Below are positions 47,854 through 57,652 of a stretch of 64,000 bases of DNA, piece after piece (positions within the stretch are counted from its first letter, which is position 1; each line of letters begins with the position of its first letter). The notes below the pieces were generated by a model, which was not told the origin of the DNA, made no database searches, and saw nothing but the letters and a program-made list of their open reading frames with translations. The DNA lies in assembly GCA_050950765.1 (NCBI GenBank), contig JBMNIF010000003.1, positions 576,001-640,000 of the forward strand, written 5' to 3'. This DNA is from Bdellovibrionota bacterium (GTDB taxonomy: Bacteria; Bdellovibrionota_C; UBA2361; JAAYZI01). A program made the position numbers and the translations under genes.

Positions 47854-48447
47854 TTATCTATTTTTCGGCACTCCCTGCATAGGAGTTCCATCAACACGTT
47901 TTATGTACCCTTTCGGCGGATGTGTAGAATGGATCTTCCCGTAAAAATGGTTTTTCTTCTTATCTTTTGAATGGAGGTATTGCCCACGTAACTCTACCAC
48001 ACACCCCTTGCGCAACTTTACCTTACCGAAAGTAACTTGATTTTCAACGAGGATATACTGACGGAAGCGTAACGCTGGTGATGTTATTAAAAAACGTTGG
48101 TGTATATACCTACCACGTCTATCATCATTACCTGAGATCTTTCTAAACTTATCGATAAACTTTCTTTTTATAAACTCTGCCAAGGTATCTGAAAAGATCT
48201 TCACAACTCTACCTTGTAAAGTGATATATTTACCGTCTGAATTAAACGGCTCATCTTTAAAATCAGTCGGTAAACCTGGAATAAGTTCTACTTTCTGCCT
48301 TCTGATTAGAGAGATAAAATACGGCAAGGCAACTAAGATCACTCCTGCGCTAACGATCTTTAAAACCAGCGGATCTGTTTTTTTTGAAAATAAAAGTATA
48401 AGGAAAATAATAACGAGAGAAAAAGGAGCTATCACGGATCTCTTCAC
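47854..48447 (-). CDS. Membrane-anchored hypothetical protein, DUF3465-like OB-fold
   Basis: Two N-terminal TM helices; GRVVKI..D, HQRFL, G..VELRGQY, IHSTH pattern recalled from DUF3465. Confidence 0.5.
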   Translation of the reverse strand: MKRSVIAPFSLVIIFLILLFSKKTDPLVLKIVSAGVILVALPYFISLIRRQKVELIPGLPTDFKDEPFNSDGKYITLQGRVVKIFSDTLAEFIKRKFIDKFRKISGNDDRRGRYIHQRFLITSPALRFRQYILVENQVTFGKVKLRKGCVVELRGQYLHSKDKKKNHFYGKIHSTHPPKGYIKRVDGTPMQGVPKNR

Positions 48448-48492
48448 TTCTTTCTTCCCCTTTAAATATTTAGCGTTACTTTATAACTATTT

Positions 48493-50034
48493 TTAAGCAC
48501 TCTGCCCTTCAAACAATCTACTTTCATTCTGCATAAGATAATCGTGCAACTCCTCATCACTTTTCACATCAAGGTATCCGCGCCCATACTGTAAAGCTAA
48601 TAAATTAGCATACTGCCACTCCGCAAGAGTTCCTGCAGCAGGAGATACTATTCTTGTTAGGCTCTGAACAATTCCATCACGATTGATGACACTCCCTGAT
48701 TTTTCAAAAGCACTACGTCCAGGCAGAACAACTTTTAATTGAGAAAGGAGGGGTGACTTTGCATTACAGAGAATAGCCACACTTAATTCTAACTTTGAGA
48801 CTGCTTCCAGTAAGGCATCATCAATATCTTTTGGTAAGATGGCACGATCTCCGATAAAGATCCCACGTTGATAAACTCCGTTTTCAAACTTCTTCAAAGT
48901 ATTGATATAGTGTTCTCTAGCATCGCCAGAAATAAGCCCGACTCGTTCAGCAGATCGAAGATTAGCAGCACCATCTTTAGCGATAAAATCCTGCAATACT
49001 CCCACACCTTTTGTACCTGTTCCTGCTATCGCCACAGCAGGAACGTACAATTTGGCGGCAGCATCAAGATATTTTTTCCAGAGATAATACTCTTCAAGTG
49101 TCAGGTCTGCAGAGAAAAACGCTACCAACGGTTTCGATCCGATCTCTTGTAACGCCGTAAGAGCATCTTCAAGAGCTAGCGCCTTTCCGTTTTTGTACGG
49201 TGCATGTAGCCTCTCCTTCGGTAAAAATCTATCAAAGCCGTAACGCCCCTCGTCACACAACCACTCATTGTTTTTTAACTCGTTAGACCTTCCTTTAACT
49301 TGCACGACTTCACCATCTCTAATTGAAACAGTGCAAGCACAGGTGCTGGAACAACCTAAGCAGATCGTATCAACTTCTTTAGCTAACCAAGACCTACTCT
49401 TGAAACGCCATTTCCTATGGGTTAAGGCACCAACAGGACAGAGATCAGCAACGCAACCTGAAAAGGGGTTATCCAGTTCTCGCCCCTCAGTTACAGCTAC
49501 ATAAGTAGCATCTCCCCTATTTAGCATACCAAGCTCTGCAGTTTGTGTGATCTCTCTACAAAATCTGATGCAGCGCGAACATTTTATGCACCGTTCTGCG
49601 TCATATATGATATTTTTCCCCAGCGGGAGAGCCTTTTGCTTACGCTCTTTTTCCTCGTTAAAACGGCTGTTTTTCTTACTGTATTTAAAATACATATCCT
49701 GTAATTTACACTGCCCAGCTTGATCACAGACCGTACAATCTAAAGGGTGATTTATCAGAAGGAATTCCAGAACTGCCGCTTGTGCATCACGTACAGCTTG
49801 GCTGCTATGGTGCGTATGCACCTCCATCCCTTCAGCGGCTAAGGTATGACAGGCGATCATCAATTTAGGAGCTTTCGCTACCTCTACTTGACACATCCGA
49901 CAATTACCAACGACTGACAAACACGGATGATAACAGAAATGCGGAATCTCTATGCCTATCGTTGCCGCAGCTTCAATCAAATTCGTCCCTTCCGGAACAA
50001 CCACAGCCTGTCCATCAATCGTTAAACTAACCAT
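48493..50034 (-). CDS. nuoG: NADH-quinone oxidoreductase subunit G-like (short form)
   Basis: IPHFCYH..L...GNCRMC (N1b), NHPLDCTVCDQAGQC (N5), CIKCSRC...CPVGAL (N4), CLGCSSTC...C (N7). Confidence 0.85.
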   Translation of the reverse strand: MVSLTIDGQAVVVPEGTNLIEAAATIGIEIPHFCYHPCLSVVGNCRMCQVEVAKAPKLMIACHTLAAEGMEVHTHHSSQAVRDAQAAVLEFLLINHPLDCTVCDQAGQCKLQDMYFKYSKKNSRFNEEKERKQKALPLGKNIIYDAERCIKCSRCIRFCREITQTAELGMLNRGDATYVAVTEGRELDNPFSGCVADLCPVGALTHRKWRFKSRSWLAKEVDTICLGCSSTCACTVSIRDGEVVQVKGRSNELKNNEWLCDEGRYGFDRFLPKERLHAPYKNGKALALEDALTALQEIGSKPLVAFFSADLTLEEYYLWKKYLDAAAKLYVPAVAIAGTGTKGVGVLQDFIAKDGAANLRSAERVGLISGDAREHYINTLKKFENGVYQRGIFIGDRAILPKDIDDALLEAVSKLELSVAILCNAKSPLLSQLKVVLPGRSAFEKSGSVINRDGIVQSLTRIVSPAAGTLAEWQYANLLALQYGRGYLDVKSDEELHDYLMQNESRLFEGQSA

Positions 50035-50250
50035 TGCACCCTACAAAAAAAGGAAAGAAGATATAACTTGACTTTAAACTATCAGAATAAAAAACAACAC
50101 CTGATCTTTTACCGTTTTTTAAAGCCGAAAAGCTCAACTTTAACACCTAACATTCCCCCTGTTATAACACGGCATTTTTTCAATATAAGTATCTGAAAAA
50201 GCTCTTAATCTCTTCCCCTGCTTTTATTTTTTAACGTAACTTACAGTTAA

Positions 50251-50940
50251 TTATTTAGCAACGCGCATTCGATACAGATAAGCTATACCAAAAGTTAGGG
50301 GCGTAACTTCTATATCTTTATATTCGCACCCTTTTAAAATTTTAACGAAGCTATCACCACAAGGAAACTCCCAAGAAGTCCGATGCAGATAGCGATACGC
50401 TTTTATATCACCGGAGATCACCCCTCCGATAAGAGGCAAAATATACCTTGAATAGAAACCAAATAGTAAAGCTACAAGTTTATTTTGCGGCTTCCCGAAC
50501 TCTAAAATATAAACGTTACCACCACCTTTTGTTATGCGTTTAATCTCCCTCAACCCCTTGTCTAAATCAGAAAGATTTCTCACTCCAAAGGCAACAGAAA
50601 CTGCATCTGCATAATTATCAGAAAGCGGCAGATTACAAACATCAGCAGTAAGTAGTTTATGGGAAGTAGGAATTTTCTTCCTCGCTTCTTGTAACATCTC
50701 ACCGCAAAAATCCACCCCCACACCATTTACAGCAGATCCTGCTCTACGCAAAATATCACCCGTCCCCGTACAAAGATCCACTAAAACACCAGCAAGAGGT
50801 AGCCGTTTTAAAACCTCCTTAACCAATCTGCGCTTCCATAAATGATGAATACCGAGACTTAAAAGGGTATTGTTAAGATCATAACGCTTAGCAATCTTTG
50901 AAAAAATTTTCTTTACTGAAGTCTTTGAATATTCACTCAT
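50251..50940 (-). CDS. menG: UbiE/MenG (demethylmenaquinone) methyltransferase
   Basis: FSKIAKRYDLNN.LLSLG.H..W, DLCTGTGD, FGVRN, ILEF, AYRYL. Confidence 0.9.
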   Translation of the reverse strand: MSEYSKTSVKKIFSKIAKRYDLNNTLLSLGIHHLWKRRLVKEVLKRLPLAGVLVDLCTGTGDILRRAGSAVNGVGVDFCGEMLQEARKKIPTSHKLLTADVCNLPLSDNYADAVSVAFGVRNLSDLDKGLREIKRITKGGGNVYILEFGKPQNKLVALLFGFYSRYILPLIGGVISGDIKAYRYLHRTSWEFPCGDSFVKILKGCEYKDIEVTPLTFGIAYLYRMRVAK

Positions 50941-51220
50941 AAAAACGCACTTAAAAATGTTTTCTTACATCATACGAGGAATTCGTAAGAAAATACCTTA
51001 TTAGCTACTATCTCAAAATAGAGTTTATTTATAAATTAAAACACCTCTTAATTAGTAGCACCAACGCAAAAGATCAATCTCAGAAAATTTCCTACCGTAT
51101 GTGCTTATTTTTTCCAAAAAATAAAGCGTCAAAATCTAATGCTTCCACGCAAAACAAACGAAACAGGTATCGTATGTTGCAAGTTCCTTACAAAAATAGA
51201 TCTGAAAAGGTTGTTGTGCA

Positions 51221-51691
51221 ATGAAGTATAGTTGTAACGAAAAAGGGTTTTCTTTGGTTGAGGTTTTGGCAGTACTGGGTCTAATCTCTGCCCTGTTTTC
51301 AATGGCTGTTTTTGATTTTCGTCATTTAGACGACGCTGGTAGAAACGGTGCAAAAGAGTTGAGCAGCTTTTTAAAAGAGGTGCGTGCAAGAGCGATGTCA
51401 TTAACTTTGGCGTACACCATCGAACCGATCTCACCAACTGAAGTTATCGCCCTATCTTCTAACAACTGCACAAGTACAGATCTAACGGAAGACCCCGAGT
51501 TGAAATTAGTACTACCAAAGGGTGCTTACCTCGTAACAACAGATTGGAGTATCTGTTACGGCACTCGCGGTATCGCTGACACAAGTTTAGATATTGAACT
51601 TTCTTCAAACAGGAATAGCCACAGATCAGAAACCGTCCAAGTAGTGCTTGGTGGTGGTGTACGAATAAAACCTCAGAATAACGGGGGCTAA
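51221..51691 (+). CDS. Type IV minor pilin, FimT/GspH-like
   Basis: Class III signal KGFSLVEVL; VRARAM; C-terminal GGVRI. Confidence 0.85.
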   Translation: MKYSCNEKGFSLVEVLAVLGLISALFSMAVFDFRHLDDAGRNGAKELSSFLKEVRARAMSLTLAYTIEPISPTEVIALSSNNCTSTDLTEDPELKLVLPKGAYLVTTDWSICYGTRGIADTSLDIELSSNRNSHRSETVQVVLGGGVRIKPQNNGG

Positions 51692-51697
51692 ATTTTT

Positions 51698-52102
51698 ATG
51701 AAACTTAAATTTAAAAAACATACTACACAAAAAGGTTTTACACTTCTGGAGGTGTTGATTGCTCTTATTATTTCAAGCATAGCTGCCCTCTCCTTAGCAC
51801 ACGCTTTTACCACACACCTTGATTTCAACACTCTTAACGAAAGGCGTAGCACCGCCATTCTAGCAGCACAACACTTACTTGATGACATTAGAGGTTCTGA
51901 TATCACAACTTTGCCAAGCTCCGGCACTGAAATAAGAGAGGTTGAGATCTTTGGTAAAAAATTTAACGTGACCGTTAGTTACTGCAAAAATTCTACACAT
52001 TGCACAAGTAAAGATGTTCGGGAGATACACTGCGAAGTAAGACAACAAAAAGATGGAGAACTATTATATGAGGTTGATACAGTTTTTGTTAAACTGCGCT
52101 AA
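51698..52102 (+). CDS. Type IV minor pilin, PilV-like
   Basis: KGFTLLEVLIAL; AILAAQHLLDDIR. Confidence 0.85.
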   Translation: MKLKFKKHTTQKGFTLLEVLIALIISSIAALSLAHAFTTHLDFNTLNERRSTAILAAQHLLDDIRGSDITTLPSSGTEIREVEIFGKKFNVTVSYCKNSTHCTSKDVREIHCEVRQQKDGELLYEVDTVFVKLR

Positions 52103-53003
52103 TTTAAAGCACGATTTAGCACCATCAAAAAGGGGGACTGAAGACGGCTTTTCGCTGTTAGAGGTTCTCGTGGCAAGCTTCATCGGATTGATCGTTGCTA
52201 TGATGTGCAGCAATACAGCATTAGTACAAAGGCAGCTCTTTTCTAATGATTCCGTACGCACCTCTCTCAATCAGAACTTACGTGGTGCAGCAGATATCAT
52301 CGTTAGTGATGGACGTGTGGCGGGAGAGAACTTAGCGGCAGCCTTCCCTGCCATAGAAGTGGTTAGCGGAGAGGAGCTCTCTCAAGAGTTGATCTTACGT
52401 AGAAACTTACTCGATGCCATCCTTAATGTCTGTTCGAATATCCAAGCAGGTACCTCAAGGTCTAGGATCTATATCGCAAACTCTAACACCGTTTCAGGGT
52501 GCGTCAGAAGCGAAGAAGCTTCAAAATACAATACTTGGCAGAACTACCGTCTTGCACAAGAAGGTCAAACCGCAAAAGCGTATATCTATAACTCTGGCAC
52601 AAAAACAGGTGAGTTTTTTACTTATTCTGCGGAAGGTATCACCTCTCAAGATTACTGGATAAGTGCTGGAGATTCCGGAACGTGGTCAAGTAACTATCCC
52701 GCTAACACCTCTTGGATCATAATCTTGGAAGAGTGGCGTTACAGAAAAAACGGTGAGATGCTTCAGATTATAGAGAATGGTGATATAACACAACCTTTTA
52801 ATTTAGCTTTCGGAATTAAGAACTTTACCACTAAGGTCGTTTTACAAGACGGCTCCGAACAAACACTATTTTCAAATGAAAATAATTGGACTGAAATCAA
52901 ACGTATCGAAACTGTTTTAAGTGGAGAAGAGAGATCAGGAAAAAGTCTTATCAACAAAACCATAAACGCCTATTTTTTTCCAAGAAATGTACTTTCTCAT
53001 TAA
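52053..53003 (+). CDS. Type IV minor pilin, PilW-like
   Basis: DGFSLLEVLVA; QNLRGAADIIVSDGRVAG; C-terminal PRN. Exact start uncertain. Confidence 0.85.
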   Translation: MENYYMRLIQFLLNCANLKHDLAPSKRGTEDGFSLLEVLVASFIGLIVAMMCSNTALVQRQLFSNDSVRTSLNQNLRGAADIIVSDGRVAGENLAAAFPAIEVVSGEELSQELILRRNLLDAILNVCSNIQAGTSRSRIYIANSNTVSGCVRSEEASKYNTWQNYRLAQEGQTAKAYIYNSGTKTGEFFTYSAEGITSQDYWISAGDSGTWSSNYPANTSWIIILEEWRYRKNGEMLQIIENGDITQPFNLAFGIKNFTTKVVLQDGSEQTLFSNENNWTEIKRIETVLSGEERSGKSLINKTINAYFFPRNVLSH

Positions 53004-53014
53004 CGGATTAGCGT

Positions 53015-54826
53015 ATGAAAAAAGAACTTAGAGATAGCGGCGTAGTATTAATATCAGTCATGATGCTTGTAGCGTTGCTACTCATCACGATTGCAGCTTA
53101 TTACAAACTAACGAGTCGTGAGACTTCAAACGTACGCCATTCTGCAAAATCAGCGACAGGTTTTTACAGCGCAGAGGCGGGCTTAAACTTACGTGCAGAA
53201 GAGATTCGTGCCATTTTCACCGGCTACAATCAGCCGCAAGGAGACTCTACTAATCCTGACAACGCTTGCACATCTGGCAATATGGGAAGTGGTGATTATC
53301 AATGTAAAACCTTCTCTTTCAATAAGCGTGATGTTGTTACCTATATGATAGAATCTGAAGATAACCCCATTAACACCACCATTCCACCAGGAGAACCTTA
53401 TCAAAACTTAACAACACAAGAATATAACTATACTACCGTTTCCGTATCAAAAGATTCAAAAGATCGCCCTGAAATGATGTTGGAGTTACAATTTAAAAGT
53501 AGGTTGGTGCCGTTATTTCAATTCGCTGTATTTTACGACAAAGATTTAGAGATCCTCCCAGGAGCGAATATGACTCTGGCAGGGCCGGTTTATACCAACG
53601 GCGATCTCTACTTAAATGCAAACGGCGCACTACTTACGATTCAAGGTCAGACTATGGCAGCCGGTAAGATCTATCGCGGAAGAAAAGACAACTCCTCTAC
53701 AAGTTGTAATAGCAACTCCGTTAAGATTTTCAATTCTGCTAATGTCGCAAAATATCTTATCCCTAGTTGCCCTTCACGTTATCAAGTTAAAAATTCCGAG
53801 ATAGCTAGTTGGAACGGCATGATTCAACAAGGTGTACAAAAAGTAACCGTTCCAGGTCCCGATATATTTGACCCCGTAGTCGGAGCAACCTATTTTGATA
53901 AAGCCGACCTACGCTTAATGATGGTTATCAATGATGACGATTCTCTGCGTGGTATCGAGGTAAGAACTCCGCAAAACGCACTTGATGCTAACGCCACTAA
54001 TATTATCAATAACGCCTCTACTTGCCCAGGGAATAGAGGCGGCAAGGTCTTTAAAGAATCTAATTTCTGGAACCTGCGTGAAGGTGGTGTGAATAGACTT
54101 CTTGATATTGATATGCAAGCCCTACTGAACTGTTTAAAAAATACGAGTTGGTTCGGTACCGGCAAAAGACTCGATGATGATAGTGAAGGTGGACTGGTTT
54201 TCCACTTTTCCGTAAGTGGTAAAAGGTCAGAATACGCTTCAAGTCTTTACGGTGTACGTCTCGGAAACGCAGCAACTCTGCAATCCTCTTCTGGCACCCC
54301 TAGAGTTAAGGGAGTAACCGTTGTCTCCGACCAAGCTATTTATACTTGGGGACACTATAATTCCGTAAATAAAATACCGGCGGCTATTATGGCTGATACG
54401 GTTGGTGTGCTCTCATCAAATTGGAAAGATACAAATTGCGGAACCTCGTACTATGCTTGTCGAGACATTAGTAAACGTAAAGCCGTTGCAACAACGGTAA
54501 ATGCAGCTCTACTAACTGCAACTGATACAACAGGTAATATTGAAGGCGCAGGAGGACAAGGTGGTAATTATAACGGTGGCTATGAAAACTCGATCCGTTT
54601 CCAAGAAGGTTGGTCAGGTGTCGCTTTAACCTACACCGGATCAATAGTAAGTTTAAATACACCACAACACTCTTCAGGGAGTTGGAGGATGGGAGAGATC
54701 TACTCGGCACCTATCAGAAACTGGACTTATGACACCTCTTTTAACAGCGCAGAGAACCTTCCACCCCTTACACCCAGATTCGTTTATTTACGACAAGAGC
54801 TTTTTGAAAGAGATTTTGAGCAATAA
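53015..54826 (+). CDS. Large PilX-like pilus tip protein
   Basis: SGVVLISVM prepilin-like start without Glu5; GFYSAEAGLN PilX N-terminal motif; large Asn/Gly/Cys-rich C-terminal domain ending LPPLTP. Confidence 0.8.
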   Translation: MKKELRDSGVVLISVMMLVALLLITIAAYYKLTSRETSNVRHSAKSATGFYSAEAGLNLRAEEIRAIFTGYNQPQGDSTNPDNACTSGNMGSGDYQCKTFSFNKRDVVTYMIESEDNPINTTIPPGEPYQNLTTQEYNYTTVSVSKDSKDRPEMMLELQFKSRLVPLFQFAVFYDKDLEILPGANMTLAGPVYTNGDLYLNANGALLTIQGQTMAAGKIYRGRKDNSSTSCNSNSVKIFNSANVAKYLIPSCPSRYQVKNSEIASWNGMIQQGVQKVTVPGPDIFDPVVGATYFDKADLRLMMVINDDDSLRGIEVRTPQNALDANATNIINNASTCPGNRGGKVFKESNFWNLREGGVNRLLDIDMQALLNCLKNTSWFGTGKRLDDDSEGGLVFHFSVSGKRSEYASSLYGVRLGNAATLQSSSGTPRVKGVTVVSDQAIYTWGHYNSVNKIPAAIMADTVGVLSSNWKDTNCGTSYYACRDISKRKAVATTVNAALLTATDTTGNIEGAGGQGGNYNGGYENSIRFQEGWSGVALTYTGSIVSLNTPQHSSGSWRMGEIYSAPIRNWTYDTSFNSAENLPPLTPRFVYLRQELFERDFEQ

Positions 54827-54933
54827 TTATTCAACGTAGCCGCTTAGACAAAAAACTTTTCTAGTAAGCAACGCCATTACCTTGCTAAAAAATCGTTGAG
54901 ACAGTAGATTGCGCCATCAAGTGGGAGATCAAT

Positions 54934-56076
54934 ATGACAAAGGTAGATACCGTTATTGAATGGCCGAAATCAGTGACAGAACTACACGTCCACTTAGGGG
55001 GATCGGTGCCCCTCTATCGTTTATGGGAGATCGGTATTGACCGTGGCATTCGAGGGCTTGGAGACGGTTACGAGGAATTTATCAACCTAATCAAGATCAA
55101 AGACGATAAGATCGGCAGCCTTGATGAATATCTAAAAGTTTATGACCGCATTGAATTAATCCAATCAGGTCCCAGCGCCATTCGTGAAAGCATTATTATC
55201 GCCACTCACCGCGCTTACAGAACGGGCGGCATGGTAGAGGTCGGTCCAGGAGGAGAGGGCGGATCTCCTAAGCCCCTTTTTACAACGAAACGTTTAGAGC
55301 TACGTTGGAATCCGATGAAACGAACGGGTGCCGTCTTTCTAAAGGGTGCCCATGCAGGGCTATACGATGTCGACCGTGTTATAAAGGCGGCCTGCGAGGC
55401 TGCTCAAGATGCCGAGATCGGATTTCGCGGCAATATGCAGGTGGGGCTATTGTTCTGTTTTGGTCGTGATATGACGCGACAAGCCAATGAAACGTTAGCC
55501 AAAAAGATTAGAAAATGGCGTGATAAAACAGATAAGATTATAGGTATTGATTTAGCAGGGCCGGAGTCAGTCAATTCTCTCTCGGATCCGAGAAAGCTAG
55601 CTGAAATGAAAGCCATCTTCGATTTAGCAGGAGACGGGTTAGGGCGTACTGTACATGTTGGAGAAACTAATCACGTTGATGTTGATACTTTTATCGCCAC
55701 TATTGAAGCGTTAGCCCCCTCTCGTGTAGCACATCCGATTACTGCCATTAAAGCTTATACTAAGCACGATGACGATAGAGGGCTAAAATTATTACGCGAT
55801 AGAGATATCGTCTGTGAGTTGTGTGTGAAATCAAATATGTTAACAGGCGCTGTTCACGACATTATAGAGTATAAAGATCTCCTAAGAGCGCTTGATGAAT
55901 TTAACATTAGATATACCTTTTCAACTGATGCTCCCTCACTGCAAGGCACAAGTTTAGCTGAAGAGCTACTCCTACTATTAAATAACCAAGCCGCCACACC
56001 TGAGCAGATCTTGAAGGCTTTAAAAAATGCAGATGAAAACACCTTCCTTCCACCATTTACAGAGAGGAGGTATTAA
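54934..56076 (+). CDS. Adenosine deaminase-family amidohydrolase
   Basis: ELHVHLGGS, GIDLAGPE, TVHVGE, RVAH, ELCVKSN, STDAP. Confidence 0.85.
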   Translation: MTKVDTVIEWPKSVTELHVHLGGSVPLYRLWEIGIDRGIRGLGDGYEEFINLIKIKDDKIGSLDEYLKVYDRIELIQSGPSAIRESIIIATHRAYRTGGMVEVGPGGEGGSPKPLFTTKRLELRWNPMKRTGAVFLKGAHAGLYDVDRVIKAACEAAQDAEIGFRGNMQVGLLFCFGRDMTRQANETLAKKIRKWRDKTDKIIGIDLAGPESVNSLSDPRKLAEMKAIFDLAGDGLGRTVHVGETNHVDVDTFIATIEALAPSRVAHPITAIKAYTKHDDDRGLKLLRDRDIVCELCVKSNMLTGAVHDIIEYKDLLRALDEFNIRYTFSTDAPSLQGTSLAEELLLLLNNQAATPEQILKALKNADENTFLPPFTERRY

Positions 56077-56268
56077 TAACCCGTCACAATTTTAAAATTA
56101 CCCATCTAAAAATAGAGGAAAATAGTATTTAGATCTTACCTAATTTGTTCAATTTACACCCTAACTATCTTAATAGACTATTGATATTACAACGTTTTAT
56201 TTTATTTTATTAGCGCGTATTATTAGGATATAATAGAGATTGTGTAGTTAAAAAGGAACCGTCCTAAG

Positions 56269-57504
56269 ATGAGTAGTTCATTTGTTGTTAATTCTGTTAA
56301 TTCCAGTGCCCAAAGCATTGCTGTCGATGGGGGAAAAGTCGGCGAAAATGGGTGACAGGTAAACCGTTCTGGTGGAAACGGTGTCGTTGTTAATAATGCA
56401 GAGATAAGTGACCTTTCAAAAAATAGCATTTCAATAGATACAGTTTCTGAATTAACTGAAAGTAAATTAACGCTTACCGTTGATAACGGTGGTAATGAAA
56501 CAGGGGCGATTTCAGTTAACCATTTAAAAGAGACGCAATCTATTACAGTAAAAAGTGATAGTGAAGAGTTTAATACCTTTGCTTTTAAATTTACCAACGA
56601 CTTCCTACAAAACTTAAACTTAGATCAATCAAATGGAAATTTTTCTGTTCAGGGCACCTCTGCTAACGGAGCCTTTGAATTTAATCTTAATCGAAAAGAA
56701 GGTCGACAAGAAGGTCCTGATGGTGAGCTTGCACTAAAATCTGTCGTAGTCTTAAAAGTAAAGGATAGATACGGTAATGAGTTAGTGGCGACCTTAACAC
56801 AAGAACAGGTGGAGCTATCAAAGATCTTAACTAACAACTTATCAAAAGGAGTTCCGAAAGAACAACTTGAGAAACTTACTGATTCTATAAAAGCTATCTC
56901 CGTTTTTAGTTCCTTAGATGAACTTAATCCAGAGCAGAAAGCTGCCTTAAAGGGGCAAATAGAATATGTTACTTCGGAGCTTCCACCGCAAGCAGCAGAA
57001 CGCTTCTTAGAAGTTCTCTCTAATTTTGCTACTGAACATAAAAAAGAGGCTCTAGGGGAGCTGGTTTTACAATGTAAAAATGAGTTTCTTCTAAAGCAAT
57101 TAAAGGAAGAGATCGGTGCTCTAGAAACAGATGCCGGAAAAGATATTGAAGAAGTTTTATCATCTGTAAATGAAAATAAAAGGGAAACCCCATCACAGCG
57201 GGGAGATTCTTCTAAGACCATCATTAGCGATGAAAAGTCAGACGAGCTAGGGGAGATAGTAAAAAAACTTTCAGAAACGTTAATGAAGCGCAAAGAGGAT
57301 CTAAAAGCCAAAAAGGAGCTAGTCCAAGTAGAGAGAGATATAATCCGAGCAAGAAAGATAGAAGACCTTATCGCAAAAATGAGAGCATTAAAATTTAGTG
57401 AAGAAGAAATCAGTGCAGCAAAATGGAACGCCCCTAAAATTGCTACTGAATTCGGAATAACACTTAACAATAATACGCGTCAGCACTACACCCACTCTGC
57501 ATAA
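56269..57504 (+). pseudogene. 412-codon hypothetical gene with one in-frame TGA at 56353-56355 (nonsense allele, readthrough or sequence error)
   Basis: ATG 56269 with AAGGA upstream and TATAAT at 56229. The frame is continuous with the 56785-57504 ORF except for the single TGA at codon 29. Confidence 0.6.
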
Positions 57505-57652
57505 AGGCGCACCCCACCTCTTTAAAAAATACCACCTTAAAATAACTATAAGGTCAACCTTGCATCAGAATACTTAATATCTTAAGCTGCGTAGCCTCTT
57601 ATTATAATAAAGGTATCGACGCTTACGCACTTTGCTTAAATATTAACTTGTC

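Noticed and set aside
51165..51181. Sigma54 promoter before the pilin cluster (AGGTATCGTATGTTGCA)
   Set aside because: GG-to-GC spacing is one base too long and the -24 box is poor.
56353..56355. Selenocysteine codon or UGA-reassigned genetic code
   Set aside because: No redox motif or evident SECIS hairpin follows, and other clear genes (ending 5430, 7608) terminate at TGA.
56223..57470. Minus-strand ORFs 56223-56597 and 56649-57470
   Set aside because: Antisense shadows of the plus-strand 56269-57504 frame, with Ser/Phe/Leu-rich composition typical of reverse-complemented Lys/Glu-rich genes.
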